Source: Dehalococcoidia bacterium (GTDB lineage Bacteria; Chloroflexota; Dehalococcoidia; Lucifugimonadales; SAR202-VII-2). From it: a stretch of 64,000 bases of DNA. The stretch lies in NCBI GenBank assembly GCA_965263165.1, contig OZ253584.1, forward strand, positions 2,560,747 to 2,624,746, in the 5' to 3' direction. The position numbers and the translations under genes were made by a program. The notes under the pieces were generated by a model that saw only the letters and a list, made by a program, of their open reading frames with translations, made no database searches and was not told the DNA's origin. This document shows, in pieces, positions 17,784-29,137 of this stretch. Position 1 is the first letter of the stretch. The number at the start of each line of letters is the position of its first letter.

Positions 17784-18686
17784 GTGCAACTCCCGATTCA
17801 CAATAGTAAGGGTGAAGTAGTCGGCCAGGCTGAGGTGGCGGATGTCCTCTTTGGCGGGCCGGTCAACCGGCCCCTGCTCCACCAGGTCCTGGTAACCCAG
17901 CTTGGCAATCACCGAGCGGGAACCCACTCCACGAAGACCCGCGCGGAAGTGGCCGGAGGCGGTCGCAAGCCCCGGCCCCAGAAGTACACCGGACGGTCCC
18001 GCCAGGGGAGCATTCGCTCGCCCCAGTGGAAGGGCGGCGGCATCGTCTTTGGCCCCAGGCCCCGCAGCCATCGCCGCGATATTCCCAAGAAGATGCGCAG
18101 GCTGGCCCTCCGGTCAGCGCTGTCTTCCCGGGTGGGTTCCAGCGAAGTGATCCTGCTCGAGTCCTTAGCCTTCGCCGCGCCCAAGACGCAGGAGCTCCGC
18201 ATCGCCCTCCAGAACGTGGGCGCCCACAGGTCCACGCTCGTGGTCATCGGCGAACCCACGCGGACTGTCGCGCTGTCGGCCCGCAACCTGCCGAGGGTTC
18301 GGGTTCTGCCAGCCGACAGGCTCAATGTTGAAGACGTGCTGCGGTACCATCGGATCGTCATGACGGTGGATGCCGTCCGCAAGGCGGAAGAGCTATGGGC
18401 AAGGCCGCTGATGAAACGAGAGGTCGGCCTACTGGAGGCGGTTGTGACAGCGCCGGAGGCTGAGGCAGAGGACGCCGCGGCCACTGAGGATAGATCTGAA
18501 GTTTCCGCCCAGCCCGAGGCGGCAATCGCGGCCTCAGTGGATGACGCAGCCGCGGCAACAGATGACGATGCCGACGCGACAGCGGAGGCTTCTGTCGAGG
18601 CGCCCTTAGAAGCCGGCTCCGAGCCAGCGCCTGCCGCTTCTTCGGAAGAAGCGGCGGAAGACGGCCAACCAGAGGACAAAGAGTAA
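17784..18686 (+). CDS. rplD: 50S ribosomal protein uL4 with an acidic C-terminal extension (~85 aa)
   Basis: [30 protein letters not shown] core, then an A/E/D-rich tail. Confidence 0.97.
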   Translation: MQLPIHNSKGEVVGQAEVADVLFGGPVNRPLLHQVLVTQLGNHRAGTHSTKTRAEVAGGGRKPRPQKYTGRSRQGSIRSPQWKGGGIVFGPRPRSHRRDIPKKMRRLALRSALSSRVGSSEVILLESLAFAAPKTQELRIALQNVGAHRSTLVVIGEPTRTVALSARNLPRVRVLPADRLNVEDVLRYHRIVMTVDAVRKAEELWARPLMKREVGLLEAVVTAPEAEAEDAAATEDRSEVSAQPEAAIAASVDDAAAATDDDADATAEASVEAPLEAGSEPAPAASSEEAAEDGQPEDKE

Positions 18687-18692
18687 ACAGCC

Positions 18693-18977
18693 ATGGACCT
18701 TCACGAAGTTCTCCGGAAGCCGGTCGTAACCGAGAAGAGCACGCTGATGCAGGACCGGCAGAAGTACGTGTTCGAGGTGGCGCCCGAGGCCAACAAGGTC
18801 CAGATAAAGGAAGCGGTGGAGACGGTCTTCAGCGTAAGCGTCATTGACGTCAATGTGATGAAGGTGCGGCCCAAGCCCAAGCGGCGGGGCGCGCACCGGT
18901 ACCAGACGCGTACGTGGAAGAAGGCCATCGTCACGCTGACCGCAGAGTCCAAGATCGAATTTTTCGAAGGGGCATAG
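18693..18977 (+). CDS. rplW: 50S ribosomal protein uL23
   Basis: [25 protein letters not shown]. Confidence 0.98.
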   Translation: MDLHEVLRKPVVTEKSTLMQDRQKYVFEVAPEANKVQIKEAVETVFSVSVIDVNVMKVRPKPKRRGAHRYQTRTWKKAIVTLTAESKIEFFEGA

Positions 18978-18980
18978 GCT

Positions 18981-19811
18981 ATGCCGGCCACGAAGAAGTA
19001 CAAACCAACGACTCCAGGGCAACGCGGCACGGTGCGCTCCTCGTTCGAGGAGATCACAAAGACGAAGCCGGAAAAGCGCTTGGTCGTGGGAGGGAAGCGC
19101 TCCGGGGGACGAGGCGTCCGCGGGACAATCACCGTCCGACACCGCGGCGGCGGACACAAGCGGAGGCTCCGTATTGTGGACCTGAAGCGGGTGAAGCGGG
19201 GGGTTCCCGGCAAGGTCATTGCCATCGAGTACGACCCCTACCGGTCCTCGAGGCTGGCCCTGGTGCAGTACGTGGACGGGGCCAAGGGCTACATTCTGGC
19301 GGCCAATGGGGTCCAGGTTGGGGCGTCCGTTGAGGCGGGGCCGGATGCAGCGCTGAAGCCCGGGTGCGCCCTACCCTTGCGAGTAATACCCACGGGCCAG
19401 CAGGTCCACAACATCGAGCTGAACCCTGGCGCGGGCGGACAACTGGTGCGCAGCGCTGGGACCTCTGCCCAGGTCATGGCGCGGGAGGACAACAGAGTGA
19501 GCCTGCGCTTGCCCTCTGGGGAGACCCGTTGGGTGAACCATGAGTGCTACGCAACGATTGGCCAGGTTGGCAACGTTGAGCACAAGAACCTCAAAATCGG
19601 CAAGGCAGGACGCAAGCGGCACATGGGCTGGCGTCCCACGGTGAGGGGCTCGGCGATGACGCCCAGGGATCACCCCCACGGTGGCGGCGAGGGGCGGTCG
19701 CCGATTGGGATGCCCCACCCCAAGACGCCTTGGGGCAAACCGGCGCTGGGCGCGCGCACTCGCCGCAACAAGCGCACGAACGTTTTCATCGTGCGGCGGC
19801 GGAACAAGTAG
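18981..19811 (+). CDS. rplB: 50S ribosomal protein uL2
   Basis: [27 protein letters not shown]. Confidence 0.99.
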   Translation: MPATKKYKPTTPGQRGTVRSSFEEITKTKPEKRLVVGGKRSGGRGVRGTITVRHRGGGHKRRLRIVDLKRVKRGVPGKVIAIEYDPYRSSRLALVQYVDGAKGYILAANGVQVGASVEAGPDAALKPGCALPLRVIPTGQQVHNIELNPGAGGQLVRSAGTSAQVMAREDNRVSLRLPSGETRWVNHECYATIGQVGNVEHKNLKIGKAGRKRHMGWRPTVRGSAMTPRDHPHGGGEGRSPIGMPHPKTPWGKPALGARTRRNKRTNVFIVRRRNK

Positions 19812-19875
19812 GCCAGGGCTGGCCACCGAGTCTCAAGGCGAGGACTAGTCAAAAAGACACAGGGGAGAGGGATCG

Positions 19876-20160
19876 ATGTCCCGATCGATTAAGAAGGGTC
19901 CGTACGTACACCCGAAGTTGGCCAAGAAGGTGGAGCGCATCCAGAGGAGCGGCTCCAAGATCATCATCAAGACGTGGTCTCGGGCCTCCATGATCATGCC
20001 TGACATGATCAGCCTGACCATCGCGATTCACAATGGACGCCGGCACATACCGATCTTCATCACGGAAAACATGGTGGGGCACCGGCTTGGGGAGTTTGCT
20101 CCCACCCGGACCTTCCACGGGCACGTATCCAAGTCGGACCGGACGCGGATGCGGAGCTAG
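19876..20160 (+). CDS. rpsS: 30S ribosomal protein uS19
   Basis: [23 protein letters not shown]. Confidence 0.99.
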   Translation: MSRSIKKGPYVHPKLAKKVERIQRSGSKIIIKTWSRASMIMPDMISLTIAIHNGRRHIPIFITENMVGHRLGEFAPTRTFHGHVSKSDRTRMRS

Positions 20161-20168
20161 GAGCGGCA

Positions 20169-20507
20169 ATGGCAGTGACAGCGAGTGTGAGGAATTTGGG
20201 CGTGTCGCCCCAGAAGGCGCGGCTGATTCTGGATGTCATCCGGGGACAGCGGGTGGAGCAGGCGCTGAACGTGCTCAAATTCATGCCCAGCCCCACGGCC
20301 CGCGATATTGCCAAGGTAGTCAAGTCGGCGGCCGCCAACGCGGAGAACAACAACTTTCTGGCGCCTGGCGAGCTGCACATCGTGGCGGCTTACGCCAACG
20401 ACGGGATGCGGCTCCGCCGCTTCCGGCCAAGGGCCAGGGGCCGGGCGGACCGCATAACGCGGCGGCACGCGCACGTCACCATCGTCGTGGACGAGAAGGA
20501 GCAATAG
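20169..20507 (+). CDS. rplV: 50S ribosomal protein uL22
   Basis: SPQKARL, SAAANAENN, RFRPRARGR. Confidence 0.99.
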   Translation: MAVTASVRNLGVSPQKARLILDVIRGQRVEQALNVLKFMPSPTARDIAKVVKSAAANAENNNFLAPGELHIVAAYANDGMRLRRFRPRARGRADRITRRHAHVTIVVDEKEQ

Positions 20508-20508
20508 C

Positions 20509-21345
20509 TTGGGCCACAAAACCCATCCCGTGGGCTTTCGCCTCGGAGTGATCAAGGACTGGCAGGCCAGGTGGTTCGGTCATAGGGCCGAAGATTACCG
20601 AAAGCAGGTCCAGGAAGACCTTCGCATCCGGTTGATCATCTTCAAGAAGCTGCCGGACGCGGGCATCTCCCGCGTCGAAATCGAACGCGGGTCTCAGGAA
20701 CTGGTCGTCAATATTCACACCGCCAGGCCCGGGATCGTCATCGGACGCGGCGGGACGCGGGTGGAGGAATTGCGGCAGGCGTTGGAAAGCCTGACCGAGA
20801 ACAAGGCCCGGCTCAATGTCGTGGAGGTTCGGAACCCTGAGCTCGACGCCTTTCTGGTGGCGCGCAACATCGCCGACCAGCTTGAGCGGCGTATCGCCTA
20901 TCGGCGGGCGATGCGCCAAGGCCTCACCCGTACGATGCAGGCCGGGGCCAAGGGCATCAAGATCGTGTCCTCGGGTAGGCTGGGAGGCGCCGAGATCGCC
21001 CGCCAGGAAAAGGCCATGGATGGCAGGGTGCCCCTGCACACGCTTCGGGCGGACATTGACTTCGCCATCGCCGAGGCCCGGACCCAGATGGGGGTGGTCG
21101 GAGTGAAGGTGTGGATCTACAAGGGCGACATCCTGCCAGAGCTTGACGTCGCTGAAGAGGACATGGCGCCCATTGAGTTCCAGGTCGTGGACGAGGGCGG
21201 TGAGAAGGCTGCGGCGGAAGAGGGCGGGATGGCGTCTGTAGCGGCGCCTCAAGCTGCGGCCGCAGCAGACCCGCCGGTTGCTGGACAGCTCGCGGCGGAA
21301 CCGACGTCCCCTGCCCCACAGGCGGCGGACGGAGAAAGGACCTAG
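20509..21345 (+). CDS. rpsC: 30S ribosomal protein uS3 with an acidic C-terminal extension
   Basis: [34 protein letters not shown], then an E/A/P-rich tail. Confidence 0.98.
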   Translation: MGHKTHPVGFRLGVIKDWQARWFGHRAEDYRKQVQEDLRIRLIIFKKLPDAGISRVEIERGSQELVVNIHTARPGIVIGRGGTRVEELRQALESLTENKARLNVVEVRNPELDAFLVARNIADQLERRIAYRRAMRQGLTRTMQAGAKGIKIVSSGRLGGAEIARQEKAMDGRVPLHTLRADIDFAIAEARTQMGVVGVKVWIYKGDILPELDVAEEDMAPIEFQVVDEGGEKAAAEEGGMASVAAPQAAAAADPPVAGQLAAEPTSPAPQAADGERT

Positions 21346-21355
21346 GAGAGCGGAG

Positions 21356-21796
21356 ATGCTTCAACCAAGGAGGATCAAGTACCGAAAGATGCACCGCGGC
21401 CGCCGCCGGGGCAAGGCTCAGGGCGGCAATCAGGTCGACTTCGGTGAATTCGGTATGAAGGCCATGGGCGTCACGTGGCTCACGGCTCGGCAGATCGAAG
21501 CGGCTCGGCGGGCCATCGTGCGGCACCTCCGCCGGGGCGGGCAGCTCTGGATACGGGTATTCCCGGACAAGCCGATCACCGAGAAGCCGCTGGAAACACG
21601 GATGGGCAGCGGCAAGGGCAACGTGGAAGGCTGGGTGGCCGTGGTAAAGCCCGGAAGGATACTGTTTGAATTGGCGGGCGTAAGGGAAGAGGTGGCCAAA
21701 GAAGCGTTTCGCAAGGCTTCCCACAAGCTGCCCATTGACGTCCGCATGGTGTTCCGCGAGGAAACGATAGAGAGCGGCGCTGGCGCGCCTCTCTAG
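21356..21796 (+). CDS. rplP: 50S ribosomal protein uL16
   Basis: [18 protein letters not shown]; start at the ATG after GGAG. Confidence 0.98.
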   Translation: MLQPRRIKYRKMHRGRRRGKAQGGNQVDFGEFGMKAMGVTWLTARQIEAARRAIVRHLRRGGQLWIRVFPDKPITEKPLETRMGSGKGNVEGWVAVVKPGRILFELAGVREEVAKEAFRKASHKLPIDVRMVFREETIESGAGAPL

Positions 21797-21818
21797 CACT
21801 AAGGGATAGCGATACGAA

Positions 21819-22028
21819 ATGGCAAAACTAAGGGCAAGCGAGCTGAGGCAGTTGAATGATAAGGAGTTGGCGGACGAGCTCTTGGAGTCGCGCCGCTCCC
21901 TGCTGAATCTCCGCTTCAGAAAGGCAACGATGCAGTTGGACAACGTTAACGAGGTGGGCCAGGCCCGGAAGAAGGTGGCCCAGCTTCTCACCATCATCCA
22001 AGAGCGGCGGCTCGTAAGCGAGAGCTAG
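21819..22028 (+). CDS. rpmC: 50S ribosomal protein uL29
   Basis: [16 protein letters not shown]; position in the operon. Confidence 0.95.
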   Translation: MAKLRASELRQLNDKELADELLESRRSLLNLRFRKATMQLDNVNEVGQARKKVAQLLTIIQERRLVSES

Positions 22029-22030
22029 TA

Positions 22031-23335
22031 ATGGCGAACCGAAGGACCCGCGTTGGGCGGGTGATCAGAGACAAGATGGAAAAGACCGTCATTGTGGCGG
22101 TGGAGCGGCGGACGACGCACCCGGTGTACCGGAAGACCGTCAAACGACTGACGAAGTTCGCGGCACATGCCGAGAGCGGCGTTTGCTCGGTGGGGGACCT
22201 CGTCCGCATCGAGGAAACGCGGCCACTGTCGCGCTCCAAGCGCTGGCGGGTCATAGAGGTCCTGGAGCGCAAGGCGATCCCGGTGGCAGCCACTGTGGAG
22301 GTGGCAGTGCAAGAGGCCGTCGCCCCGCCAACGCAGGCGCCGGCGGTTGCCCAGGAAACCCCCGCAGCTGAGGTAGCTCCCGGTGAGGTGGCTGAGGCGG
22401 AAGCGCCCGTTGTGGAGGCTTCGTTGGACGAGCCGGTAGCTGAGACGGAGGCATCCGCTGAGGAGGCCTCGTCGGACGAGCCGGTGGCTGAGACGGAGGC
22501 TCCCGTTGAGGATGCGCCGTCGGATGAGCCAGTGCCTGAGACGGGGGCGGCCGTTGAGGATGCGCCGTCGGACGAGCCAGTGGCTGAGACGGAGGCGGCC
22601 GTTGAGGATGCGCCGTCCGATGAGCCGGGAGCTGAGGTGGAAGCGCTCGCTGAGGAGGCTTCGTCGGACGAGCCGGCAGTTGAGGTGGAAGCGCTCGCTG
22701 AGCAGGCTTCGTCGGACGAGCCGGCAGTTGAGGTGGAAGCGTCCGTTGAGGAAGCTTCGTCAGACGAGCCGGTAGCTGAGGCGGAAGCGCCCGTTGAGGA
22801 GGCTTCGTCTGACGAGCCGGCAGTTGAGGTGGAAGCGCTCGCTGAGCAGGCTTCGTCGGACGAGCCGGTAGCTGAGGCGGAAGCGCTCGCTGAGCAGGCT
22901 TCGTCGGACGAGCCGGCAGTTGAGGTGGAAGCGCTCGCTGAGGAGGCTTCGTCGGACGAGCCGGCAGTTGAGGTGGAAGCGTCCGTTGAGGAAGCTTCGT
23001 CAGACGAGCCGGTAGCTGAGGCGGAAGCGCCCGTTGAGGAGGCTTCGTCTGACGAGCCGGCAGTTGAGGTGGAAGCGCCCGTTGAGGAAGCTTCGTCAGA
23101 CGAGCCGGTAGCTGAGGCGGAAGCGCCCGTTGAGGAGGCTTCGTCGGACGAGCCGGTAGCTGAGGCGGAGGCGCTTGTTGAGGATGCGCCAGCGGATGAG
23201 CCGGTAGCTGAGGTGGAAGCGCCCGCTGAGGAGGCTTCGTCGGATGAGGCGGTAGCTGAAGCGGAGGCGTCCGTTGACGAGGCGCCGTCGGAATCCAGTG
23301 AATCCCGGCAGGACGAGCCGGAGAAAGCCCAATGA
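22031..23335 (+). CDS. rpsQ: 30S ribosomal protein uS17 with a ~345-aa acidic repeat tail
   Basis: [33 protein letters not shown] core, then 16-aa repeats; stop overlaps the rplN ATG. Confidence 0.95.
   Translation: MANRRTRVGRVIRDKMEKTVIVAVERRTTHPVYRKTVKRLTKFAAHAESGVCSVGDLVRIEETRPLSRSKRWRVIEVLERKAIPVAATVEVAVQEAVAPPTQAPAVAQETPAAEVAPGEVAEAEAPVVEASLDEPVAETEASAEEASSDEPVAETEAPVEDAPSDEPVPETGAAVEDAPSDEPVAETEAAVEDAPSDEPGAEVEALAEEASSDEPAVEVEALAEQASSDEPAVEVEASVEEASSDEPVAEAEAPVEEASSDEPAVEVEALAEQASSDEPVAEAEALAEQASSDEPAVEVEALAEEASSDEPAVEVEASVEEASSDEPVAEAEAPVEEASSDEPAVEVEAPVEEASSDEPVAEAEAPVEEASSDEPVAEAEALVEDAPADEPVAEVEAPAEEASSDEAVAEAEASVDEAPSESSESRQDEPEKAQ
22409..23272 (+). repeat. 18 tandem 48-bp coding repeats ((A/V)EEASSDEP(V/A)(A/V)E(A/V)EA(P/L/S))
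   Basis: 48-bp period verified (e.g. tgaggtggaagcg at 22681 and 22729); no unique spacers. Confidence 0.95.
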
Positions 23336-23700
23336 TTCAGCCCCAAACTCGCCTGCGAGTAGCTGACAACTCCGGCGCCAAGGTCATCATGTGCATAAAC
23401 GTTCCGGGCGGCACGCGAAGACGTTACGCCCGGGTCGGCGACATCATCGTGGCATCCGTGAAGGAGGCCATCCCCAACTCGGCGGTGCCCAAGGGGGAGG
23501 TCATCCGAGCCGTCATCGTGCGGACCACCAACCCTACCCGACGGCCCGACGGCACCTACATCCGCTTCGACGACAACGCAGCGGTGGTGCTGTCCGACCA
23601 GCACAATCCGAGGGGAACCCGTATATTCGGGCCCGTCGCTCGAGAGCTGCGAGAGAAGGCATTCACGCGCATCGTTTCCCTGGCTCCGGAGGTGCTCTAG
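23332..23700 (+). CDS. rplN: 50S ribosomal protein uL14
   Basis: [32 protein letters not shown]. Confidence 0.99.
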   Translation: MIQPQTRLRVADNSGAKVIMCINVPGGTRRRYARVGDIIVASVKEAIPNSAVPKGEVIRAVIVRTTNPTRRPDGTYIRFDDNAAVVLSDQHNPRGTRIFGPVARELREKAFTRIVSLAPEVL

Positions 23701-23701
23701 C

Positions 23702-24019
23702 ATGGCGGCAAAGATTCGAAAGGGAGATACGGTGGAGATCATGCGGGGCAAGGACCGGGGCAAGCGGGGCGCCGTTCAGGGATTGGACCCCAAGAACGGT
23801 CTGATTATGGTGGAGGGGCTCAACCAGGTTACGAAGCACGTGCGCCCCAACCCCAGGATGCGCCAGGCCGGACGGATTACCAGCGAGATGCCGTTGCCTG
23901 TTGGCAACGTCCGGTTCGTATGCGTCAATTGCGGAAAGGCCGTCCGGGTGGGTTTTCAGATGCTCGACGATGGAACTAAGGTCCGGGTGTGCAAACACTG
24001 TGGCGAGTCGGTGGAGTAA
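23702..24019 (+). CDS. rplX: 50S ribosomal protein uL24
   Basis: [17 protein letters not shown] (KOW). Confidence 0.98.
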   Translation: MAAKIRKGDTVEIMRGKDRGKRGAVQGLDPKNGLIMVEGLNQVTKHVRPNPRMRQAGRITSEMPLPVGNVRFVCVNCGKAVRVGFQMLDDGTKVRVCKHCGESVE

Positions 24020-24729
24020 TGGACGACAACGAAGTTCAACAGCCAGAGGAAGCCGCCAAGGCCGAAAAGCCCGCGGCCCAAGAGAAAGCGCCGGCGGCGC
24101 CCCGCCAACAGCGGGCGAAGGGCCGGCGTCAGCAACCCAAGGCCACGGCTGAGGACGGCAACGCAGCGGCGGAGCCGCCGCCCAGCAGGCCCAGGATGTT
24201 GGAGCGCTATCGTCAGGAAGTGGCCCCTGCGATGGTCCGCGACTTCAGCTACGCCAACGTGATGGAGATTCCGCGGGTCACCAAGGTGGTGGTCAACGTG
24301 GGGTTGGGCGAGAGCCTCCTGAATCCGCGGGCGCTTGAAGCAGCAATGGGGGATCTCACGGCCATTGTTGGCCAACGCCCCGTCACGACCAAGGCTCGGA
24401 AGTCAATCGCCGGATTCAAGCTGCGCAAGGACATGACCATCGGAGCGATGGTGACGTTGCGGGGCAGGCGGATGTGGGAGTTCCTGGACAGGCTCATCAA
24501 CGTGGCCCTGCCCCGGATCCGCGACTTCCGCGGCATATCCCGCCATAGCTTCGACGGCCGGGGCAACTTCTCGCTGGGACTGCGCGAGCAAGTCATTTTC
24601 CCCGAGATCGACTACAATTCGGTGGACCGGCTGCGCGGCCTGCAGATCGCCATCGTCACCACGGCAAAGACCGACGAGGAGAGCCTGCGGCTGCTGGAGC
24701 ATCTGGGCATGCCGTTCAGCAAGAACTGA
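24019..24729 (+). CDS. rplE: 50S ribosomal protein uL5 with an N-terminal extension
   Basis: [29 protein letters not shown]; ATG overlaps the rplX stop. Confidence 0.97.
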   Translation: MDDNEVQQPEEAAKAEKPAAQEKAPAAPRQQRAKGRRQQPKATAEDGNAAAEPPPSRPRMLERYRQEVAPAMVRDFSYANVMEIPRVTKVVVNVGLGESLLNPRALEAAMGDLTAIVGQRPVTTKARKSIAGFKLRKDMTIGAMVTLRGRRMWEFLDRLINVALPRIRDFRGISRHSFDGRGNFSLGLREQVIFPEIDYNSVDRLRGLQIAIVTTAKTDEESLRLLEHLGMPFSKN

Positions 24730-24769
24730 TACCGCCTCCAACGCGGAGGCCGGACCAAGGGGAGGATGC

Positions 24770-24955
24770 GTGGCCAAGGTTTCGAAGGTCGTCAAAGACC
24801 GCAAGGCGCCGAAGTTTTCGACGCGGCAGCACAATCGGTGCAATCGCTGTGGCCGTCCCAAGGCCTATATAAGGCACTTCGGGTTGTGCCGCATTTGCTT
24901 CCGGCAGTTAGCGCTCCGCGGGGAGTTGCCGGGTATTAGAAAGGCAAGCTGGTAA
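24770..24955 (+). CDS. rpsN: 30S ribosomal protein uS14, zinc-binding type Z (61 aa)
   Basis: RCNRCGRP and LCRICFR CxxC pairs. Confidence 0.98.
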   Translation: MAKVSKVVKDRKAPKFSTRQHNRCNRCGRPKAYIRHFGLCRICFRQLALRGELPGIRKASW

Positions 24956-24986
24956 TTGGGCCTCAGGCCCAGAAGCAGGAAGGGAA

Positions 24987-25388
24987 ATGTCAGTAAGCGA
25001 CCCCATAGCCGACATGTTGACCAGGATTCGCAATAGCGTCATGGCCCGCCACGACGCCGTGCTCGTCCCCGCCTCCAAGCCGAAGATAGCCCTGGCTCGA
25101 ATCCTGAAGGAGGAGAGCTTCATCAGGGACTACGAGGTGGTGAGGGGGCCCACGCCGCAGAAGTTGATACGGGTATTCCTTCGCTACTACGAGGACAAGC
25201 GGCCCGCGATTGCGGGCCTGCGCAGGGTCAGCAAGCCCGGCCTCCGCGTCTACGTGGCGAAGCATGAGATACCCAGACACTACGGTGGGGTTGGTATCTC
25301 CATTGTGTCCACTCCTGAGGGCATGATGCCCGGCCAGGAGGCGTGGAAGAAGGGCATTGGCGGCGAGCTAATGTGCTACGTCTGGTAG
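24987..25388 (+). CDS. rpsH: 30S ribosomal protein uS8
   Basis: DPIADMLTRIRN, SKPGLRVY. Confidence 0.99.
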   Translation: MSVSDPIADMLTRIRNSVMARHDAVLVPASKPKIALARILKEESFIRDYEVVRGPTPQKLIRVFLRYYEDKRPAIAGLRRVSKPGLRVYVAKHEIPRHYGGVGISIVSTPEGMMPGQEAWKKGIGGELMCYVW

Positions 25389-25398
25389 GAGTTCCTCT

Positions 25399-25947
25399 AT
25401 GTCGAGAATCGGACGAAAACCCATTCCCGTGCCTGGCAACGTCGATGTGCAAATCGCCGGCAGCAGTGTCACGGTCAAAGGTCCATTGGGGACGCTGTTC
25501 CGGGAGTTTCACCCGGACATGGGCATTGCCCCCGCCGACGGGACCCTCGTGGTCACCCGGCCCACCGACCACCGGTTTCACCGGTCGCTCCATGGTCTGA
25601 CGCGGGCGCTGCTGAGCAACATGGTGGTGGGTGTGAGCGACGGCTTCACCAAGGTCATCGAAATGGTGGGCGTGGGGTATCGGGCCCAGCAGCAGGGACA
25701 GGGGATCAGCCTGGCGGCGGGATTCACGCACACGGTGGAGATCCAACCCGACCCTGGCGTCACCCTGACCGTTGAGGGCAACAATCGCATCCTAGTTCAG
25801 GGCAGCGACCGCGAGTCCGTGGGACACCAGGCCGCCCGGATAAGGGCCATACGGCCCCCCAACCGGTACACCGGGAAGGGCATCCGCTACTCCGGCGAGG
25901 TGGTGCGGCTCAAGGCGGGTAAAGCTGCAGCAGGAAGGAAACGCTAG
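25399..25947 (+). CDS. rplF: 50S ribosomal protein uL6
   Basis: [23 protein letters not shown]. Confidence 0.99.
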   Translation: MSRIGRKPIPVPGNVDVQIAGSSVTVKGPLGTLFREFHPDMGIAPADGTLVVTRPTDHRFHRSLHGLTRALLSNMVVGVSDGFTKVIEMVGVGYRAQQQGQGISLAAGFTHTVEIQPDPGVTLTVEGNNRILVQGSDRESVGHQAARIRAIRPPNRYTGKGIRYSGEVVRLKAGKAAAGRKR

Positions 25948-25948
25948 C

Positions 25949-26317
25949 ATGGCTGAGATCAAGAATGCGCGCCGGCAACGGATTCAGCGTCACAAACGCG
26001 TTCGCCGCAAGGTTGGCGGCAACGCGGAACGCCCTCGTTTGGCGGTCTTCCGCAGCCTTCAGCACGTCTACGCACAGGTGATCGACGACAGCCAGGGCCG
26101 GACGCTCACCGCGGCCTCCAGTATGGAGCCCGAGGTGCGTTCGCAGGCCTCGGGCAAGTCCAAGGCGGAAGTTTCCAAGATCGTGGGGGCTCTCGTGGCC
26201 CGCAGGGCCAAGGGGGCCGGTATTGATAAGGTGGTGTTCGACCGAGGCGGGTACAAGTACCACGGTCGGGTGAAGGCTTTGGCGGATTCAGCGCGCCAGG
26301 AGGGCTTGATAATTTAG
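25949..26317 (+). CDS. rplR: 50S ribosomal protein uL18
   Basis: [22 protein letters not shown]. Confidence 0.99.
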   Translation: MAEIKNARRQRIQRHKRVRRKVGGNAERPRLAVFRSLQHVYAQVIDDSQGRTLTAASSMEPEVRSQASGKSKAEVSKIVGALVARRAKGAGIDKVVFDRGGYKYHGRVKALADSARQEGLII

Positions 26318-26319
26318 CT

Positions 26320-27099
26320 ATGACCACCAATCAGAACCGCCAAGACCGCGTCGACCCTTCAGACCTCAACCTCACGGAGAAGGTGGTGCAAATCCGCCGT
26401 GTGGCCAAGGTGGTCAAGGGTGGCCGGCGCCTCAGCTTCAACGCCATGGTCGTCATCGGCGATGGCGACGGACACGTGGGCATCGGACTGGGCCGGGCCA
26501 CGGCTGTGCCGGACGCCGTGCGCAAGGGCACGGCCATCGCCCGCAAGAGCCTCGTCCGGGTGTCCCGGCGAGGCAACACGGTGCCCCACGAGACCATTGC
26601 GCGCCACGGGCCGGCGCGGGTGCTCATAAAGCCCGCGTCCGCCGGGACCGGGATCATCGCCGGGGGCGCAGTGCGAGCCGTCCTGGAGCAGGCCGGCATC
26701 AAGGATGTGATCAGCAAGTGCCTGGGCAGCAGAAACCCCATCAACGTGGCCAAGGCCACGGTCAATGGGCTGGCCTCCATGCGTGATCCCGCGGTTGAGC
26801 TAGCGCGCCGCAAGGGTATTTCCCTATCCGCCGCCGTCGCCGCCATCAGGGCGCCCGCGCCTGAGGTTGTGGCCCCGCGGGAGGTCGCCCTGCCGGACGA
26901 ACCCGCTCCGCAGCCGTCTGCCGAGGCGGATGCCGCCGGAGCGCCGACCGCCGCAGTTGGGGAGACCCCGGCGGGAGAGGAAGCGGCGTCCACAGGCCCC
27001 ACCCGGGAAAGCGGCCCGGAGCAACGCATATTCTCGCCCGAAGACGATTCCAGCGAGGGAGCCCCCGCGGCGGAAGCCGGAGGGGATGCCTCCTCTTAG
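26320..27099 (+). CDS. rpsE: 30S ribosomal protein uS5 with an A/P/E-rich C-terminal extension
   Basis: RVAKVVKGGRRLSF, GTGIIAGG. Confidence 0.98.
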   Translation: MTTNQNRQDRVDPSDLNLTEKVVQIRRVAKVVKGGRRLSFNAMVVIGDGDGHVGIGLGRATAVPDAVRKGTAIARKSLVRVSRRGNTVPHETIARHGPARVLIKPASAGTGIIAGGAVRAVLEQAGIKDVISKCLGSRNPINVAKATVNGLASMRDPAVELARRKGISLSAAVAAIRAPAPEVVAPREVALPDEPAPQPSAEADAAGAPTAAVGETPAGEEAASTGPTRESGPEQRIFSPEDDSSEGAPAAEAGGDASS

Positions 27100-27138
27100 C
27101 CGCTGCCGAAACGCAGCAACCGGTAGGTAACCAAGTTC

Positions 27139-27333
27139 ATGGGAAAGCTACGCATCACCTGGAAGAAAAGCGCCATTGGCTACAATAAGAAGCAGCGGGC
27201 CGTTGTCCAGGCTTTGGGCCTGCGGCGGCTGAACCACACCGTGGAGCACTACGACACGCCCATCATCAGGGGTATGGCCAACAAGGTCATCCACCTCCTG
27301 CATGTCGAAGAAGTGTCCGAGGGAGAGGCCTAA
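27139..27333 (+). CDS. rpmD: 50S ribosomal protein uL30
   Basis: LRITWKKSAIG, ALGLRRL. Confidence 0.98.
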   Translation: MGKLRITWKKSAIGYNKKQRAVVQALGLRRLNHTVEHYDTPIIRGMANKVIHLLHVEEVSEGEA

Positions 27334-27338
27334 CCACC

Positions 27339-27788
27339 ATGCGCATGCATCAACTGCAACCGGCCAAGGGGGCCGTTCGTAAACGCCTCCGCTTGGGCCG
27401 AGGCGACGCCAGCGGCTCGGGCAGCTACTCCGGCCGCGGTATGAAAGGGCAGAAGTCGCGCAGCGGCGGCGGCGTGCCCCCCTGGTTCGAGGGTGGCCAG
27501 CTTCCGTTGGTGAAGCGGATGCCCTATCGCCGGGGGTTTACCAACATCTTCCGGAAGGTCTACGCCGAGGTGAACCTGGACAGGCTGGGGGACTTCCCAG
27601 CCGGCGCTGAGGTGACCCCCGACGCTCTGGTGGCGGCCCGTCTGCTGAAGAACACGCGGACACCAGTGAAGGTCATGGCAAGGGGTGACCTCGACAGGGC
27701 CTTGAACGTCTCCGCCCACCGGTTCACGGCCGCTGCAAGGGCGAAGATCGAAGCTGCTGGAGGCTCGGTAACGGAGCTCAAGGCTTAA
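27339..27788 (+). CDS. rplO: 50S ribosomal protein uL15
   Basis: GRGMKGQKSRSG, FEGGQLPL. Confidence 0.99.
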   Translation: MRMHQLQPAKGAVRKRLRLGRGDASGSGSYSGRGMKGQKSRSGGGVPPWFEGGQLPLVKRMPYRRGFTNIFRKVYAEVNLDRLGDFPAGAEVTPDALVAARLLKNTRTPVKVMARGDLDRALNVSAHRFTAAARAKIEAAGGSVTELKA

Positions 27789-29134
27789 TGCGTCCCGCAG
27801 CGGCCAGCCGGCAACAGACAGGGCGCCCTGCCCTGCTTCAGGCCATGATCGACGCCTTCAGGGTCCCTGACCTTCGGGCCAAGATCCTGTTCACGATCAT
27901 GATCCTGGTGCTGTTCCGATTCATTGCCCACGTGCCGGTCCCCGGTGCCGAACGGGAGGCCCTAGCCGGCTTCTTCAACGACCCCAACAACCAGCTCTTC
28001 GGGCTATTGGACATCTTCAGCGGCGGAGCGCTGCGTAACCTCAGCATAGCCGCCCTCGGCGTCTATCCCTATATCACGGCGTCCATCGTGATGCAGCTCA
28101 TGGTCCCGGTCATTCCGGGGCTCAAGAACCTATCGCAGGAAGGTGAATGGGGCCGTCAGCGGATCAACCAGATCACGCACCTGTTGGCCGTTCCCGTGGC
28201 GATGGCCCAGGGCTACGGCCAGTTGCTCATTCTGCAACAGGCGGGCGTCTTTGGCGGGCTCTCCTTCAGCGGCGGGCAACTCCTCACATCAATTGCTATC
28301 ATTCTTGGCCTTGCCGCCGGAACTATGCTGCTCGTCTGGATGGGCGAGCTGATCACAGAACGCGGCATTGGCAACGGCATATCCCTGATCATCTTCGCCG
28401 GCGTGGTGGCGGGCTTCCCGCAGTTGATCCAGCAGGGCTATCTAAGCAGGGGGAACCTCACCGGGCTGCTCGTCTTCGTCGCCATCGGCCTTGGGCTCAT
28501 CTTTCTCATCGTTATCTTCAATGAGGCCGAGCGCCGGATCCCCGTGCAATACGGGCGCAGCGTCTTCCAAGGGGGACGCATGTACAGGCAGGGAGGGGCG
28601 ACGCATCTGCCCATACGGGTCAACTCCGCCGGCATGATCCCGTTGATCTTCGCGTTTTCCGTGGTCATCCTTCCGGGCACCATCGCCAGCTACTTCGCTC
28701 AACCCGGAGACACTGCGATTATTTCCCGGGTGGCGCTGGCGATATACAACCTCTTCAACTCCACGGGGCCGGTGTACTGGCTCGCCATCTTCGTCCTTGT
28801 TGTGGCCTTTGCATTCTTCTATACGATTGTCGTATTCCAACAGCAGGACTTGGCAAAGAATCTGCAACGCAACGGTGGTTTCATACCAGGAATCCGCCCA
28901 GGTAGACCGACCAGCGACTACCTCAACAGGATTATTTTGCGTGTCACGTGGGGCGGCGCCTTCTTCCTGGGCTTCGTGGCGGTCGCGCCCTATTTGGCCA
29001 GCCTCGTCACCAGTGTGAACGCAATCACGCTCTCCAGTACGGCCCTCCTCATCCTGGTCGGCGTGGCCTTGGATACGATGCGCCAATTGGAGGCGCAATT
29101 GATGATGAGAAACTACGAAGGCTTCCTGAAATAG
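27788..29134 (+). CDS. secY: Preprotein translocase SecY
   Basis: LGVYPYITASI, GIGNGISL, GGFIPGIRPG; multiple TM segments. Confidence 0.99.
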   Translation: MRPAAASRQQTGRPALLQAMIDAFRVPDLRAKILFTIMILVLFRFIAHVPVPGAEREALAGFFNDPNNQLFGLLDIFSGGALRNLSIAALGVYPYITASIVMQLMVPVIPGLKNLSQEGEWGRQRINQITHLLAVPVAMAQGYGQLLILQQAGVFGGLSFSGGQLLTSIAIILGLAAGTMLLVWMGELITERGIGNGISLIIFAGVVAGFPQLIQQGYLSRGNLTGLLVFVAIGLGLIFLIVIFNEAERRIPVQYGRSVFQGGRMYRQGGATHLPIRVNSAGMIPLIFAFSVVILPGTIASYFAQPGDTAIISRVALAIYNLFNSTGPVYWLAIFVLVVAFAFFYTIVVFQQQDLAKNLQRNGGFIPGIRPGRPTSDYLNRIILRVTWGGAFFLGFVAVAPYLASLVTSVNAITLSSTALLILVGVALDTMRQLEAQLMMRNYEGFLK

Positions 29135-29137
29135 CGC

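Noticed and set aside
22409-23272. CRISPR array
   Set aside because: Repeats are contiguous 48-bp units without unique spacers, stay in frame within rpsQ, and no cas genes are present.
21994-23763. 589-aa Ser/Ala/Thr-rich minus-strand ORF
   Set aside because: Antisense shadow of the rpsQ repeat and rplN.
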